The notes under the pieces: model-generated
What the model was told of the DNA's origin: nothing
Seen by the model: only the letters and a program-made list of their open reading frames with translations
Database searches by the model: none
NCBI GenBank assembly: GCA_038215615.1
Contig: JBBQQR010000032.1
Location: forward strand, 1-17,391
DNA: 17,391 nt
From: Vulcanimicrobiales bacterium
GTDB lineage: Bacteria; Vulcanimicrobiota; Vulcanimicrobiia; Vulcanimicrobiales; Vulcanimicrobiaceae
Direction of reading: 5' to 3'
Part shown: one piece after another, positions 16,359 through 17,391 of the stretch
Position numbering within the stretch: the stretch's first letter is position 1
How the letters are laid out: each line of letters starts with the position of its first letter
Translations under genes and position numbers: made by a program

Positions 16359-17391
16359 CAGTACGATCTCACAGTCGGCGCCCACTTGGTGATGGTCACT
16401 TTTCGGGAGTAATCGAGGCGCGGATTCTGTCCATCTTGCCGCCACGCCAGCGTATGGACCATCCAGTTTTCGTCGTCGCGCTCGGGAAAATCCGTTCGCG
16501 CTTGCGCGCCGCGCGACTCTTTGCGGGCCAGTGCGCCGTTAGCGACGCACATCGCTGCGTCGATCAAGAAGTCGACTTCCATGGCGTGAACGAGGTCGGT
16601 GTTAAACGTTTTGGATTTGTCCATGACATAGACGTCGCGGTCGAACGCTTTGCGAACCTCCAGCAAATCGTCGACGGCTTTAGTGAGTTCTTTTTCGTTG
16701 CGGAAGATGAAGACATTTTCGCTCATCGTTTTGTTCATCTGCGCGCGAAGTTGCGGCGCGCGCACGCCTTCATTCTTGGAAAGCCAGCCATTGATACGGT
16801 CCTGCTCGGCCTTCAGGGTGCGCTCCGACGGCCGCACGTCGCCGCTTTCCTTTATATATTCACACGCGTGCTTGGCCGCACGCGCGCCGAAGACGATCGT
16901 TTCGAGCAGCGAGTTGCCGCCCAGGCGGTTGGCGCCGTGCACGGAGACGCAGGCCGCTTCGCCTGCGGCGTAGATTCCCGGAATACGCGTGGCTCCGAAT
17001 TTATCGGTCTCGATGCCGCCCATCGTGTAGTGCATACCCGGTAAAATCGGGATGGGCGTGTCGATGGCGTCTTTGCCCGTCGCGTCGAGCGCGAGTTCGC
17101 GAATCTGCGGCAAGCGCTCGAGGATTTTCTCGCGCCCGAGGTGGCGCAAGTCGAGCAGCACGCAGCCATCGATGCCGCGGCCTTGCATGATCTCGGTCCA
17201 CCCCGCGCGCGATACGACGTCACGTGAGGCGAGTTCGCCTTTTTCGGGCGCATATTTGAACATGAAGCGTTCACCCAGTGAATTCAACAGATGCGCGCCT
17301 TCGCCGCGCGCCGCTTCCGAAAGCAGCACGCCGTTCTCTTTGAGCGAGGTCGGGTGGAACTGCACGAACTCCATGTCCATGATGGGCACGC
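16358..17391 (-). CDS. sdhA: Succinate dehydrogenase/fumarate reductase flavoprotein subunit, 3' part (5' end outside the window)
   Basis: QFHPT, SEAARGEG, ELASRDVVSR, HYTMGG, AAGE, HGANRLGGNSL and RKESRGA..R.DFP.RDD. Confidence 0.95.
   Translation of the reverse strand, partial: VPIMDMEFVQFHPTSLKENGVLLSEAARGEGAHLLNSLGERFMFKYAPEKGELASRDVVSRAGWTEIMQGRGIDGCVLLDLRHLGREKILERLPQIRELALDATGKDAIDTPIPILPGMHYTMGGIETDKFGATRIPGIYAAGEAACVSVHGANRLGGNSLLETIVFGARAAKHACEYIKESGDVRPSERTLKAEQDRINGWLSKNEGVRAPQLRAQMNKTMSENVFIFRNEKELTKAVDDLLEVRKAFDRDVYVMDKSKTFNTDLVHAMEVDFLIDAAMCVANGALARKESRGAQARTDFPERDDENWMVHTLAWRQDGQNPRLDYSRKVTITKWAPTVRSY

Overview
GC-rich bacterial chromosomal segment, densely coding and mostly on the minus strand. 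No tRNA, rRNA, CRISPR array or transposase is recognisable. Right to left: the 3' part of an sdhA/frdA flavoprotein, sdhB, and an HdrB-like CCG-domain subunit (a heme-less 'type E' succinate dehydrogenase/fumarate reductase); two small plus-strand ORFs in one frame separated by a single TAG; an aldehyde dehydrogenase; a secreted DmpA/P1 aminopeptidase; ATP-dependent PEP carboxykinase (pckA); a Spy/CpxP-like chaperone; PPi-dependent phosphofructokinase; a secreted sorbosone-dehydrogenase-like propeller; a coupled block of an AttH/CrtC-like protein, two S9 peptidases and a small membrane protein; a Uma2 nuclease; and the 5' end of an unknown gene. The most notable observations are: (i) the 60-270 intergenic region, which holds an SD-occluding hairpin and a candidate structured RNA on the opposite strand; (ii) pckA apparently starting at ATT; (iii) the small basic ORF with its in-frame TAG; (iv) a low-GC patch inside one S9 peptidase; (v) the type E Sdh with an unusual third Fe-S motif. 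All family calls come from motif recognition by eye; no searches were run.
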